Source: Polymyxa betae A26-41
Taxonomy: Eukaryota; Protista; Endomyxa: Phytomyxea
Assembly (NCBI GenBank): GCA_003693705.1
Contig: RBZT01000468.1
Coordinates: 1-56,324 of the forward strand
Length of the DNA: 56,324 bases
Reading direction: 5' to 3'
The position numbers were made by a program, and so were the translations under genes. Below, piece after piece: positions 26,406 through 39,400 of the stretch (positions are counted from its first letter, which is position 1; each line of letters opens with the position of its first letter). Under the pieces are notes generated by a model. That model had not been told where the DNA came from. It ran no database searches and worked only from the letters and a program-made list of their open reading frames with translations.

Positions 26406-28576
26406 ATGGAGCCACGGCCGACCATGCCCAGCATGGTCGCGACACGATATTTCACCAGCAGCCCAATCGATAATCTTTATATACAAGTGACGTTGAAGAA
26501 ATCGAGAAACCAATCGGATCTGACACAGTCCCATCGGACTACCTTCAAATCAGCAATGCTTCGACTACGAAGGCAGCGAACTGAGAAAGCCAAATTTGAT
26601 GGCTTAGCAAAGATTGTTGAACATCCGGTACCGGGGCTTGTTCAAAACGAATCCGGAGGCTTCTCTGAGCTTCCACACTTGAAAGAGGTTCGTCTGTGCA
26701 TTGTCAATAAAACTGACAGGTCATTTAATCTGAATCAGGCAGAAATTCAGCGAGTAATTTCATGGCAAGAGAAACTGTATACAGCAAGGTATAGAAGTTC
26801 CAAAGTGCTTTATAAAAAAGTGAACGAACTCAATAGGGAGATTCTCACGAAATGCCATTCGAAGTTTGAGCCAAAATCGCATCTCGATAAAACGTATGAA
26901 GCTGATATCAAAGCTTTTCTGAAACGCCAGTTTCCAACCAAGATCGATGAAGCTGAGACAATGTCAAGAAATTACATCCTTGCTCAGGGTGGTGTCCTGT
27001 TGTCGACCAAAGTCGACGTCGATGATTATGTGTGACAATCGTTTCGCACGAACGCGCTATCAAACTGATCGTTTGGTAGATTCATCCAACAACGCTGAGG
27101 GAGAATGTCACCACATCAAATAACGAAAATTTGAATCCGTTAGCTCTGCGACGAGCGCTGGGCTCGTCGTCAGCCAAACATGAGCGATGCATCAAGATGT
27201 TCGTAATTGCCTGCGTCGACCTTCCCGATAACGAAAATGACATCAAACACTGGGCGAAAGTCGGTCGCCATTTCCGAAATGGCTTCTAATATGAACTGGC
27301 CCATAGGTTCAGCAATGTAGCTACGAACAGATTCTTTATCAGATCAATGCATATGATAACGGCATGTACGAGATCGCACCGGGTTTATCTACCGGATCGA
27401 CAACGGATCATACGCCTCATGTGTTCCGGAGCCCGGCTGGCGTTTGGTACGAATACTGGATCGAGAATGTCGCCAAACCGCCTCCTCGAATAAAATCGAC
27501 CAACCCGAAATCATTGCAAACGCCGGTACTTTGCCCTGACGCTGTTTATACTGTTTCTTATTCTCGACCAGGTTCATTTGGCAAACCGACCTCCTCGTGA
27601 TCACGTTCAATTGAATGTGTTTGGGGAGATTCTCCAAACCGAGGATGTTGACGCCGACAATCTCTGGATCGAATATCAGATCGATCTTCCAGATGGATGG
27701 CAGTGGTCGAAACTGGACCTGAATCGAATCGAGTCGTCACTGACGCAGATCTCGAGCTCAACTGAAGCCCCCGGCCGTCGTCCGCGACAACCTTATCGTA
27801 CGATGATTGGATCCCCAAATAGATGACAGCTCATGAGTATTCAGGAATATGCAATTTCGCATTTCCTATAGAGTTCGAGCTATTGGGGCGGCCGGAAGAT
27901 GATGTATTATCATGGCCGACAATCTATTTTCAAGTGAATTCGACAGATTTCTGGGAATGTGATCGTGCTGAAGGCTACACATCGATTCAGGTTTGTGGAA
28001 TTTCGCTCTTAATCTGTGTCGTGATGATGTCGGGCCTAATAGATTCCATCGGCTGCTGGAAGCTATGAGATTCGGTCACAATTGTGGAGACCCAGTGGAA
28101 GTTGGTCAGATGAAAGAGCCCGATTTTTTCTCGGGTCATGTCCAGCCTTGAAAGATATCGTTCAAGGAGGGCTGCCTTGTCAATCTCGAGATGTAATTCT
28201 GTGGCAATCTACAATGCTCATTTATTGATAAACTGACAGAAGGGAACGTTCAATCGATACGGATTTACGACAATCCAGAATGGATCGTTATTGGTGCGTC
28301 TTAATGTGGTTCTAACATTGAATACTGCTTCTGTACAAGGAAAAGGTGTTGTTCAAAAGAAGATGCCGTTGATGTTGACTTCCGGTATTGATGAGGCTCT
28401 ACGAAGACAAAAAGCATTACTCGATGCAATCGAGGTAGTTTTTAATTTTGATTGTTCCTACAAATATTGATATAGTATAGGCATTACGTGTGTCGTCATT
28501 AGCCGGTCAACCTGAACCAAAACAGAATGGGCCGAAAGTCTTGGGAATTAATCGGAGGCTATCGTTAAACAGGTAG
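26406..28576 (+). CDS. MKS1: MKS1 (B9/C2 domain ciliary transition-zone protein)
   Basis: N-terminal YFTSSPIDNLYIQVTL and ISWQEKL. B9 domain VFGEI...DNLWIEYQIDLPDGW...FAFPIEF...WPTIYFQVNSTDFW...EGY...WRP...FFLG...NRYGFTT...GSLLVRLNVV. Confidence 0.88.
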
Positions 28577-28640
28577 AACAATACAGAGCCATCGGCTTCA
28601 TATAATCTCCATCTTGAGCTTAGCTATCAGCCAGAAATGT

Positions 28641-29366
28641 TTAGGATTGGTCGATACAGCCTAATGATAGCTTTCTTGGTTTTCGGCGAAATAGTTTGCC
28701 AACTGACTGCATCTCGGATCTGGTGAGATTTGACAGATTCAGCGATCGGGCCATATTGGTTAGGCTTGGGTGACGCCTGTGCTCTCGATCTGCTCGGTTT
28801 TGGTGAAAGTCGAACTGTTCACATATGTCGTCCTTGAATTCTGGGCACAAAGTTACAAATTGTGCAATGATGGCAGCGTCTTCATCAGATACGATTTTGG
28901 GCTTCTTCTTGAACTCAATTTGGTTCGTCTCTGATGATTTGTAGCCTGGTGCAACTAAGCGCTATTATAAAGCACATTACAAAATCGACCTGGTAGAATA
29001 TTCATTTGTGACAGAACATCATGCAAATCATCTGTACGAATACGACGATCAATATCGCAGATTTTGGCGATAATCGATTCAGATAGAAGTGTATTGGATC
29101 TGATATCAGTTTTCAGTGGTGCTATGATAGCTTCCATCTGCTTCATAGTCGTCATATACACATCCATATCTTTGGCGGATTCGCCCATCTGGGAATCCCC
29201 TTGCTGATGGCTGGACCGATTCAATATGAAACCATCCTATGACTGAACGCATCTCCATCCATCCTGATTCTTCATCCTGATCTTCGGAAGTGATACCGGC
29301 CTGGAATCTCTGAAGCTGGTAAAGCGACAATGTTTCTATGATGTTTGCAGAGAACTCTGCAAACAT
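28641..29366 (-). CDS. Hypothetical protein (multi-exon, start uncertain)
   Basis: Linked minus-strand ORFs 28955-29224 and 28641-~28945 are separated by an intron-sized gap. No recognisable motif. Confidence 0.45.
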
Positions 29367-29696
29367 CTGATCTGATCGTTAAATTGATCTCTCTAAGGCG
29401 GGTCGACGATGGGCTTGTCCAATCAGCATCCTGTCTGATCGCCCATTGGGTTGCAATGGACCCATGTAGAATTAGTCAGATATGAAACTGGACAACGAAA
29501 TGAGTCATGGTTCAACGTCCAAGTCTATGCAGTGCCTGAGTCACGGCGGACGTACTGGCTCGCGAAATTTGTCGCTCAGACAGCTCTCTGAGCAGAACAC
29601 AAGTCAATTTAACTTTAATTTCCATCATCGTCGTTGTTTCATTTATTAATCGTTCGTTCATCATCTTATTCAATCAACACCAACACACGGAGACAG

Positions 29697-31490
29697 ATGG
29701 CGTCACCGACCGCGGCCAACACCAACGCCAGCAACAACGGCAGCACTGTCAGTGTCAACAGCAAAGCCTCCAATCAATATATTCGTAAGACGCCTTCGGC
29801 GTTCCTTCCCCCACGAATCTGGGCCGAATACAGCCCACGACCACAACACGAAGCCGACGACGATCTGTCGTCATCGTCGGACTCGGAATCGTGGCGTCGG
29901 CAACCGCGCCGGACCCGGTCTGCGTTCTCAAGCGCGGCCGTGTTCCCGTTCCCCATAGACCACGCGCAGGCCGACGCCAAAGATAAACAGCCGCAGCGAT
30001 CATATTCGTCCAAGAAATGGACCGATGCGAGCTCGGCGGTTGGGACGCCGCGCGACTCGTGGCCGGCGTCGCGTTCGAACTCGGTCCGACTGGACTTGTC
30101 AGCGATCGAGTCGTCGGCGGTGCGTTCCTTCAACACCAAGATCAACTTGCTTGCTCAGCAAGGCAAGCACCGCGAAGTCCTCGAGATGATTGACGAAGCG
30201 CGCGCCAGCGGTGATAAATCTCTGCAGGAGGCGCTCAACACACAAACGTTCACGATTCTGGTGAAGGCGTACTGCAACAATGGCAATCTCGAAGCCGCCG
30301 AGTACATGGTCGAGGAGATGCGCTCGTTCGACGAGCACCAACGTCCGAATCGGTTCACGTTGAACACCCTTCTGAACGGGTATGTGAAGCGTGACCAGAT
30401 GAAGAAGGCGGCGGAGCTGTTCCGGTCGATGGTCTCCAGCTCTGATGTCAAGCAGCGCCCAGATCATGTCACCTACTCGACCATCATCAAAGGGTTCGCT
30501 GGCGCCGGCGACATGCGCAGCGCCGAGGACCTGTTCAGGACCCTGGTCGACCACGCGGACGAATCGTGCCGGCCCAATATCGTCATGTGCAATACGGTCG
30601 TGAAAGGATGGTGCTTCAAGGGCGAGATGGCACAGGCCGACGCCTTGCTTGATGAGATGGCCAGCAGCGAGAAGCTCTGCTCTCCCGATGTCATCACGTT
30701 GAACACCATCATTGACGGCCACGCTAAGAACGGCAACGTGCAGCTCGCCGAGCAATACTTCCAGCGCATGCAGGCGGGCGAGTTCGCCGGCATCCGGCCC
30801 AATCAGGTCACGATCAATTCCATGATCGACTGCTACACGAAATCCGGGAAGATGGCCAAAGCTGAGGAGCTTTTCTTCATGCTGGAGGATGGCAGCGATA
30901 CCGAGCTATCGCCCTCTCCCGTCACGTACGGTGCCATGATCAACGGATACGTCAAAGCCGGCGATCTACGTAAAGCCGAGCTGTTGTTCTCGCAGATTAA
31001 GAACCATCGCGACCCGGCATGTCGCCCGAATCAGGTCAGCTACACGACCATGATCGGAGCGGCCGCTAAGTCCGGTCAAATGGACAAAGCCGAGAAGCTG
31101 TTCGAGACCATGCTGGCGATCAGCGACCCGAACTGTCGCCCGAACAATTTCACCTATTCCATTCTGATCGACGGTTATTGTAAGCTGGGCAACATGGCTC
31201 GGGCTGAGCAGCTGCTCTCCCAGATGCAAGCGTCGTCAGATCGGCAATGTCGCCCGAATCGCGTCACTTTCAATACGATGCTGCATGGGTACGGCCGAGC
31301 CGGCATGAACGACAAGGCCGAGGTCCTGTTCCAGTGCATGCAGCGCCATCCGGATCCTGCATGCCGTCCCAATACGATCACTTACCGCACCATGATGCAT
31401 ATGAACCGATCCCGAGGTAATGCCAGCCAGGCGCAGAAGTTCGCCGATATGATGAATGTCGTCGATAAGCGCAACTCGGGCCGCCGTTAA
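29697..31490 (+). CDS. Pentatricopeptide repeat (P-type-like) RNA-binding protein, intronless, ~11-12 repeats
   Basis: Tandem P(N/D)xxT(Y/F)xxxIxGYxKxGxxxxAExLFxxM motifs follow a low-complexity Ser-rich N-terminus. Confidence 0.93.
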   Translation: MASPTAANTNASNNGSTVSVNSKASNQYIRKTPSAFLPPRIWAEYSPRPQHEADDDLSSSSDSESWRRQPRRTRSAFSSAAVFPFPIDHAQADAKDKQPQRSYSSKKWTDASSAVGTPRDSWPASRSNSVRLDLSAIESSAVRSFNTKINLLAQQGKHREVLEMIDEARASGDKSLQEALNTQTFTILVKAYCNNGNLEAAEYMVEEMRSFDEHQRPNRFTLNTLLNGYVKRDQMKKAAELFRSMVSSSDVKQRPDHVTYSTIIKGFAGAGDMRSAEDLFRTLVDHADESCRPNIVMCNTVVKGWCFKGEMAQADALLDEMASSEKLCSPDVITLNTIIDGHAKNGNVQLAEQYFQRMQAGEFAGIRPNQVTINSMIDCYTKSGKMAKAEELFFMLEDGSDTELSPSPVTYGAMINGYVKAGDLRKAELLFSQIKNHRDPACRPNQVSYTTMIGAAAKSGQMDKAEKLFETMLAISDPNCRPNNFTYSILIDGYCKLGNMARAEQLLSQMQASSDRQCRPNRVTFNTMLHGYGRAGMNDKAEVLFQCMQRHPDPACRPNTITYRTMMHMNRSRGNASQAQKFADMMNVVDKRNSGRR

Positions 31491-31827
31491 AAAACGCCAA
31501 CTGTAATCCCAACATGCGACGATGATGATTTATCCAATTAATTTCGCTATTAAACCTAACTCAATCGTTAGCAACTCTAATAAGTCGAGCGAGCGTGAAA
31601 AAGCGATGAGGTGAGGAGCAAATTTGTTAGCGAGATTCGAATGCAGACAGGGGAGCGCCATGCTAAGAAGAGCTTGTCGCCATGCACTTTTTATATCATC
31701 AGTATATATATTGAAGATGATCATGAGAAACTTGACAGTAAGAATTATTAGAACATCGCTATACATCTGGGTAAATAGATAGTCGGTCGTTGAACCTGAC
31801 CAAGAAGCATTGCCATTGTGAGAGCGC

Positions 31828-33929
31828 TCAGTGCAGGTCTTGAGCCGAGGTCAGACCCTGCTCAATTGCTTTTATCACATTGTCACGATATCGCAGCACG
31901 ACGCGAGTGTAGTTCACGATCTCGGAACGCGCTTTGTTATCAAGCAGTTCCTCAATAGGTTTCTCACTCAACCCATGCAGGAATTCAGTGAATTTTTCAA
32001 GACGTTCTTGATGTTGTTCAAAAATGTCCTTTTCAACTGCGTTTTCAAGATAGAACCCATAAGCATAGGTCCACATCAGCACACGACGACAAGCAACAAC
32101 AGCATTAACCTGAGCCCTATCAAGTCAATTTTATGGATCAGCGAAACGGCCGCCTACCGCATTCAGGACGAACTGGACATCTTGGTAATTGGTTCCCTGA
32201 ATGTCACGAAGCTGCTGCATTCTAGTTTCCGCGTCTTGCCTCGTCTTTCTGGCGAATTGGATGGACTTCTGATGGTTATCGAATCTTGTGAAATAAAACA
32301 TGTACCTATTGAATGTAAGCGATACAGTTAGTCCTAACAGTGGATTTGTACTTTTGCAAAGCGTTTCTCGCTTCCTGCATTTTCTGCTCTTCCTTTTCCA
32401 AAACCGTACTACTTTCTCCTTTGGCTTTCGCTTCTTCATATTTGTTACAGCGGTAGAAACTGAAGTATTCTGAGTGACCCGATGTGAAGGAAGGAATTGA
32501 GAGACCCACCCTCCTGTGGCACTGCCATGCTTGCTCCATTCTCCTTTACACAGCCAGCAGAAATCGTATTTGCAAAACCGACAGGTCATATGATTGCAAC
32601 CTTGGTTTTTTTCAATATTAACCTAAGGTGATGTCAAACAAGCAGGCACCTTCGGTACTCCTTCATCTACCTGGCATTTGGGACACCTTTTTGTATTGGC
32701 AATTATCCAGTTGACATTCTCTGAGTCGGTAGAGTTCTTCACCATCCACGTGCGAACCAGTTCGCAAGAGCACGGCCTGTGCCCTTCCAACTCGCATTTG
32801 AAGCAGAACACATAGCCGCATCGACATTCGATTTCTTTTTCTGCTCCAGCCTGAACAAAAACGTAAACGTGCGAAGAAAGAATATAAAGAGATAAGTTCA
32901 AAAACCATTTAGAAAACAACAAAAGAAAGCGAACCTTGATCTCAATGATTTTGTCACAATCTGGGCTAGGACACCATTTCATCCGTGTCCGGTTACCCTG
33001 AACGAACCCGTCCAAGATCCATTGCTTGAACTGAACCCTCTTATAGACAGGCAATAATCGTATCTGAAGCTCGGCAGGGATAACAGCTCCACATTTATAG
33101 CTCGGACACGATGTAAACACAGCTTGCGGGCCCTGAAAAATACCGATTTAAATGCAGTTTTCAGAAAAGAAATGGAATATCACAGCTTATGCTTGCAAAG
33201 AAAGACATAACGGACCTTGCCAAATTCGGCGATTATCCATTTCGACCAACAATCATTACAGAACCGATGCCCGCATGTAAGACCCAAAGTATGAGGCAAA
33301 GGAACTGATTCAAGACAGAGCGAGCATGCGAACAATGAGCTCTTGCGAGTCTGCGGTAAAGTCTTGTCGATGGCAACATCTGCCAATCCGCACGTTAGGC
33401 GAATCTAAAAAGCGAATATATGAGCAAGTTGAAGATTTGAAAACCATTGCAACAGTACTAAATCATGCAAAAGAATTCATTCAAAGAAAGCGATAACTGC
33501 TTGGCAGTAATAACACATAATATCGAACTCATAACTCAGAAGACACAGATCGACCTTTTCGGCGTCGTCAAGCCAATCGTTAATGAGCTTTTGAATATTC
33601 CATCGATAATGCCTCAACAGCGTGGACGCCTCATTAGGTGATACGAACAATTGCTCGACAATTCGACTTATTAGCAGAGACTGCCTCTCCTGCAAATCCT
33701 GTTCGGTCAGGATTTCATATGACTGCTGTCTGGAGCGCAAACAGCTCGAATCTGTTAGATTCTGAAGTTGAGACGAATCCAATGTCGCCCATTCGGCTAA
33801 AAAAAAGTGAGTGAGGTTTGTGCATCAGCTAGGAAGAAAAATACAGGATTCATCCTGGTCTTCATCGTCCCATCCAGTATCCGATAAGACCTCATTGGTT
33901 TCATCTTCGTCGTCAAATTTCATATCCAT
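31828..33929 (-). CDS. ARIH1: Ariadne-family RBR E3 ubiquitin ligase
   Basis: Acidic N-terminus, UBA-like (LLRHYRWN), RING1 (CSLC...[10 protein letters not shown]), IBR (KWCPSPDC...[11 protein letters not shown]...HRPCSC), RING2 ([20 protein letters not shown]) and Ariadne domain ([23 protein letters not shown]). Confidence 0.92.
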
Positions 33930-34278
33930 CACCGACAGCCTGAGTCGGCGAAAATGGCCAACAACGACAGTAAAACCAGACGAAGGAGTCGGTTTCAAAA
34001 CGTTCTGGTCAAAGTGAGGGCGATTGACGCAGCCTTTGCGATGGAGAAAGAGTCGAAGACCCAGGCAGGAGGGCTGCGCGATATTCATCCACATCATCTC
34101 ATAAACCTGGGATGTTCTTTGCCCGCAAACTGATAAAGGGCGCCTAGGCAGGCATTGAGACAGTCGCCAACACAAGTAGAATGTTGGCGATGGATACGAT
34201 GCCGAATTCAGTTAAATTTATGTCTTCAATATATTATAAATGTTGAGTTCGGATCATTCAAACACCATATTATTGGTA

Positions 34279-35985
34279 TCACAAGAATGACGAAAGTTCC
34301 TGATGGAATACAGCGCCATCAAAGCAATGCTCCAGCTTAGAGCAAGCCAGAGGCCATCCCAGAAGTGAGTTTGCCACTTCGGCCAGAAGCAATGCATGTC
34401 GGAATACAGCGCACAGCCTGAGAGTATGGATGTACAGTCTGGAAGAAGACGACGTCGTTTGCTTGTCATTCCCGCTTTGAAGTGTCTGGTGCATTTTGAT
34501 CAAAGCTGCAGCAACTGCTTCAACGCCAGTGCACGTAACCAGCAAATACCTGATAACATTCATGAAGATGCTATCAGTTCGCCACACATCCTGTTCGTCT
34601 TTTCCAAAAAGCACGAATTGCAGAAGTTGTTCTCTCTTTGCGGGACTGATATTGCAATCGTGGCACTCCTGGATGACGTCGATGTTACAGCTAAGTCCAG
34701 TACGCGAGCTTGTTCGTCCATCTTTTTCCTCGGCGATGACAACGTCATCGAATTCGATCCCGAGCCCAGCCTCGGTAATGGACCACTGAGTAAGTCCATC
34801 AGACATAACGAGATAACATAGACGTTCCCGAATGCCAGAGAGCGCATTCGACACGAACCGAACGTCTTCCGGGGTTGAATATCCCACGCCAAATGGAGCA
34901 GAAATATACCTATTCATATACACATCGACTGCGAAGTTGCAGCACAGATTACCAGAGCAATGCAGTTTGAAAAGCGTGGTATTAATCAAAGCAGTGACAG
35001 GTTCTGTTTCGTATTTTGGAACTCCTTCCGCTTCAACAATCTGGTATAAGCGCTTGGCTGTGGCCTGGTCGCTGATAGAAGTTTGAATGAAATGCTTTAA
35101 AAAAGCCATCGCATCTTCTTGTGGCCTTCTGCTGTGAAATGATTTTGCGGCAAGAAGAATTTGTTCCAGTACGCCTTTTGTAGATGAACGAAGCCGCAGC
35201 GTTTTGTGCAACCTCTGAATTTCGGGCAAACTCTCAACTACGATATCGTTTCCGCTTAGGCTGGCCACAACAGGCAGAAAAGATGCTGGGAACCCCAACA
35301 AATTTGCAATCGCTCGGACCCGATATAAACGACCATATATCGAGCCATCATCATCAAAGATCAACGATGATAAAGGGATATAGCCGCCTTGCTGATCAAA
35401 GATGAAATAATCGCTGTCTTCACCAACAACGCCTAATGCCCTGACTTCATTACATAACCGAACGCATTCGTTATCTGCTTCGTACAGGGCGACCGAAAGT
35501 GGAATCTTCATATCGCGAAGCACTTGCATTAGAACAGCCTCGCTTAGATCCGTACATCGTAACCTTTCCACGTTGATCTCAGCCAGATGGCTTTTCTGAG
35601 AATATGTGTTCAAGCAGCATTTAGACACTGCTGATTCAACTGATTTCGCGCGGGACATAGCACTTTGACGACGAAGAATCCTCGTTGTATGTTTGAATGT
35701 TGACTGAATCCCGTCGAACACTACCCATATTGGACAATCTGCAGCGATAAAAGAAGATATAAAATCGCGGACGATTTTAGCGAATTCAGGTAGGCAACCA
35801 CCGGTGATGGCATGAAGGGAAAGCGGGTTCAGCTGACGCAGCCGAGACTCCAAATAGTACAGAAGACTGCCAGCATCGAAAACCAAACCGCGCCTTCCAT
35901 GTGTATCCGAGCCAGAGAGGTCTAATCGAAGAGAGACTTGAGACTCATAGCGACGTATTAGGCGACAGAGGCCACGAACCCCCAT
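34279..35985 (-). CDS. Asteroid/FAM120-like XPG/FEN1-type PIN domain protein, intronless
   Basis: MGVRGL, VFDAG, VVFDG, YEADNEC, GEDSDYFIF, GYIPL, ASLSGND: the acidic FEN-like PIN residues are present. Confidence 0.85.
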   Translation of the reverse strand: MGVRGLCRLIRRYESQVSLRLDLSGSDTHGRRGLVFDAGSLLYYLESRLRQLNPLSLHAITGGCLPEFAKIVRDFISSFIAADCPIWVVFDGIQSTFKHTTRILRRQSAMSRAKSVESAVSKCCLNTYSQKSHLAEINVERLRCTDLSEAVLMQVLRDMKIPLSVALYEADNECVRLCNEVRALGVVGEDSDYFIFDQQGGYIPLSSLIFDDDGSIYGRLYRVRAIANLLGFPASFLPVVASLSGNDIVVESLPEIQRLHKTLRLRSSTKGVLEQILLAAKSFHSRRPQEDAMAFLKHFIQTSISDQATAKRLYQIVEAEGVPKYETEPVTALINTTLFKLHCSGNLCCNFAVDVYMNRYISAPFGVGYSTPEDVRFVSNALSGIRERLCYLVMSDGLTQWSITEAGLGIEFDDVVIAEEKDGRTSSRTGLSCNIDVIQECHDCNISPAKREQLLQFVLFGKDEQDVWRTDSIFMNVIRYLLVTCTGVEAVAAALIKMHQTLQSGNDKQTTSSSSRLYIHTLRLCAVFRHALLLAEVANSLLGWPLACSKLEHCFDGAVFHQELSSFL

Positions 35986-36412
35986 TTGCTGCTACGGAAG
36001 AAAATCCGAAAGTCGCGGATTTTCTTTCATATTCTCCATTCTTCACTTCATCGAATTAGCGTTAGCTTCTTTACCGCCAGGCGCCAAGCGTGAATAAACA
36101 GATGGCATGTATGCAGTTGATGACAATCAGACTTGAGTTATCCGATGACGCTGTTCTTCAATGCCATGAAATCACTGAGCGGTTCACCATCTTTGCACTG
36201 ATGTATTCTCGTTCGAAATGGCTTGCAAAGGCGCATGTCGACTTCTTTTTTCTGAAATGACACTGAACGTGATTGGGAACGTTGGAACGTGTTCAGAACT
36301 GCTTGTAATTCCTGTAGGTACCCGGCAAATCTGTACCGAAACGATCTTTGGTAGCGAGCAACTATTCGGGCTCCTCAGGATCTTGTCACTAGCGGTTCAG
36401 AGGTCCTTGGTT

Positions 36413-39400
36413 ATGTCAGATGATCTTCATCTAAGCAACTTACAGCTTCAGAACAGCAAAAAAAATCGCTCTCGCTCTAAACATCTTTCTAACAATGTCG
36501 ACTTTTTGGCAATTCAGAAGGAACTCGGTGAGGCTATTATTCATGCTACCGTATCAGTACCTCTTCTGATGTTTTGTGCTCACAGGACTTGTAGTCCCGG
36601 ACACCAATACTGAAAACGATGAGATTCCAAAGCAGCTATCTTCACCAAGAACACGACATCATCGATCCATATCAGATTTCGTCCGTCCTAAAAGCAACTC
36701 GATTGTTAGTCTGCCTGTTACAAGAGAGAGCTCAATCGCTGATGCGCCGCGAAAAACCACTTCCACAATTCAGACATTTGAGTTTAATTTTGGTCGGGAA
36801 ATGTCTGATATCGAGGACGAGGGTGTGTTGGAATCTGATGATGAAAAGGAGCAATCCCCAGAAAAGAGCGATTCCACTGAAGAAATTGAAATCGACCCTG
36901 CTAGAATCGATGATATCCAGCTGCAAGAAGCGACAACTGAAACGCTATCTATTGAACCCGACGAGAATGAAGGTCGTACAATTTTTGGTTCAATTCGAGA
37001 AGCGGTTACAGCCAGCGTCCGAATGGCCATGGATTCTCGGCTCGCAGTTCGACGCAATCGACATCAAATGTTTCGATCGCTACAGCGTGAAATTCCTCAG
37101 GTTGATAATGGTGACCTGCTCGCTGGCGATCTGGCAGCATCTACAACCCCTGGAAGGAATGTCTTCGACCAGAAGAATTACCGGCAATGCCTGCAGCATC
37201 CGAACCTTCGGCCGCTGGGCATCATGGAAGTCAAACGCCTGTGGTGTGCTCTTCGCTTCTTAATTGAAGAGAAGAATGTCGAACAATTCTTGAGGAAGTA
37301 CGCAGCTAATACTTCACTGAGCAATGTAGAGGCGGATCCAATTAGCCCAGTCAAGTGGCCTTTCGACTCCACAACTCGAGATGTCACGTTACACTATACT
37401 CATCGCTTCTGTAGGGAGCCCCCTTCTTTAATTCTTTCGTTTAATGATGCTGATTTTGATCCCCAGCGTCATCGGGCGATATACAGCTCGCCCCGAGCCT
37501 TGAAGGTTTGATGCGGCAACAAACGTTGGCCAGTAGGACCCGCACTGAGAGCGGAAAGCATCGCTCTACTCTGGTGAATCGGCATTCATTGCCTAACGCA
37601 CGCCGCATATCGGTGAAGGGACTGAACGGGCATGACTTTCGTAGAGCATCAGTAGCTGGGATTGAGACCAGTCCCAAAATGGACGCATTAGGTTTGTTCG
37701 TGTCAACAAGGCTAGCTGTTTTGGTACACTGAAGCAGCCAACAGGTCTCAACTCTGATTCAATCAGCTCGAGCGTGCCGGATGCTTTACGAAAGAAGGAG
37801 AATGAGGGATTTCAGTTAATATTTGACCAATATTTCAAACCTCAGCTGGAACGAGCTGTGTTATCACCAAGTCTGCCGTTACCTCCTAGTATCGGCGTCC
37901 GTCCTTATGAAAAGCGGCTTTACAAAAACCTGTGCGCATTCCTGCTGGCGTGCCTGAGCATCGAAGAAGGGACTAATCGGTTATCAAGGTTTGGGTTTAG
38001 TCGCAGTTTCGCTTATCGGCTAATAGGTATTTGATGAAACTTACACAAACTACACTCTCCTATTTGCGCTCAATAGAAGAATGTGAAAGTTCCCGAGTTT
38101 GTAAGTAAGTACGAAGTTAGCTTTGTACTTCGACCAGATATCAATTTTGGCTACAGGGGTTTCGTGAATAAAATTGACAATTATTTGGCAATACTGCTGT
38201 TTCGCCTTCCTAACTCTGAAGATGAACTGGTAACGTGCGATCCAAAGCTAAAGCATGTCTCTTAGATATATTTCGTAGGTAAACGGAAAATCGGAAGTCC
38301 CGTTGTTGAAGACGTTGCCTCGGTCAAAGTCCAATGTCTTCTCTTCTCATGCTACAGAAGAGTTTGGAATGACGGGTTCATCGATCACCTCCGACTCGCA
38401 ACATATGGCATCGCTTCGACCAAATTTTGCTCGCCCTCCTGCGTTACTCACTTCCAGGCAATCAGGAACACTGATCGGCGTTCAAGCGTTAGTTGTTGTT
38501 TGCGGTCTTTTAGTTCTTCTCGGCGTTTGGGCACTCTTATATCCAGGCGCAATCGAGTCCGCTTATGAGCAATATGGCCATGAACTGTCAGCTACGATTT
38601 CTTCAAGTTTGGCGGTCGATGGGTAAGTGCCAGTTAAACATGATCTAATTAACTAAATTGCTTTCAGTTTGGTTGGGAAGCTGGCATTATCTGTCCCCAA
38701 AGAAATCATCGATAGCTACATAGCAAGTTCCAAATTCGATACAGTTGAACCACATCTTGTTGTTATGGCATCGATTTTGCCTACAGTTGGAGCATCGTGG
38801 ATTTTTTTACCGGATTCTGGTGCCTTTGCTGCAGCCATTCGCGATCCTGAATCGAATGTTGAGTTTATCGAAAGAAATTTTTTTGGATCTTCATGCTATA
38901 AGTTCAATGCATCGTCCACATGGCGAAGAATACGCAACAGCAATATTACTGTTCCTTGTCCAACAATTTTCGGTATGAACACATCGAATCAGAATTGGTC
39001 CAGCCCAATGAGCATTGATGGATCGCATTCTTTCTATGGATGGTCTCAAACTCGGATGATGTCATCCTCTAAAAGAACAGTTGCCCTAGGCCTGCACTTT
39101 ACCTCAAGACTCATGACCGAGGCTCTCAGCAACCGTTTACTCGGGAAGCCCCAAGTTGGCATTGTTTTACGAGATACCTTTTCTGGTCAAACAATCTCTA
39201 AGTCGGATGCTGATGGAGTTTTTGATCAGCTCGAACACACATTCAAGATTGCTACTTCCCCAGTCCGAATCGCTTTTGCGAACACGACTGCAGAATTGGT
39301 CGCTGCAGTTTCTATTCCATTTCCACTTTCTAATATAGAATATTCGGCGATCGTCCCGTTAGTAGCAACTGCGGCTATAACGCTCATTTTCATGGGATCG

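Noticed and set aside
29755-31381. Several long minus-strand ORFs overlapping the PPR gene
   Set aside because: Antisense shadows of a GC-rich coding region, with no recognisable protein features.
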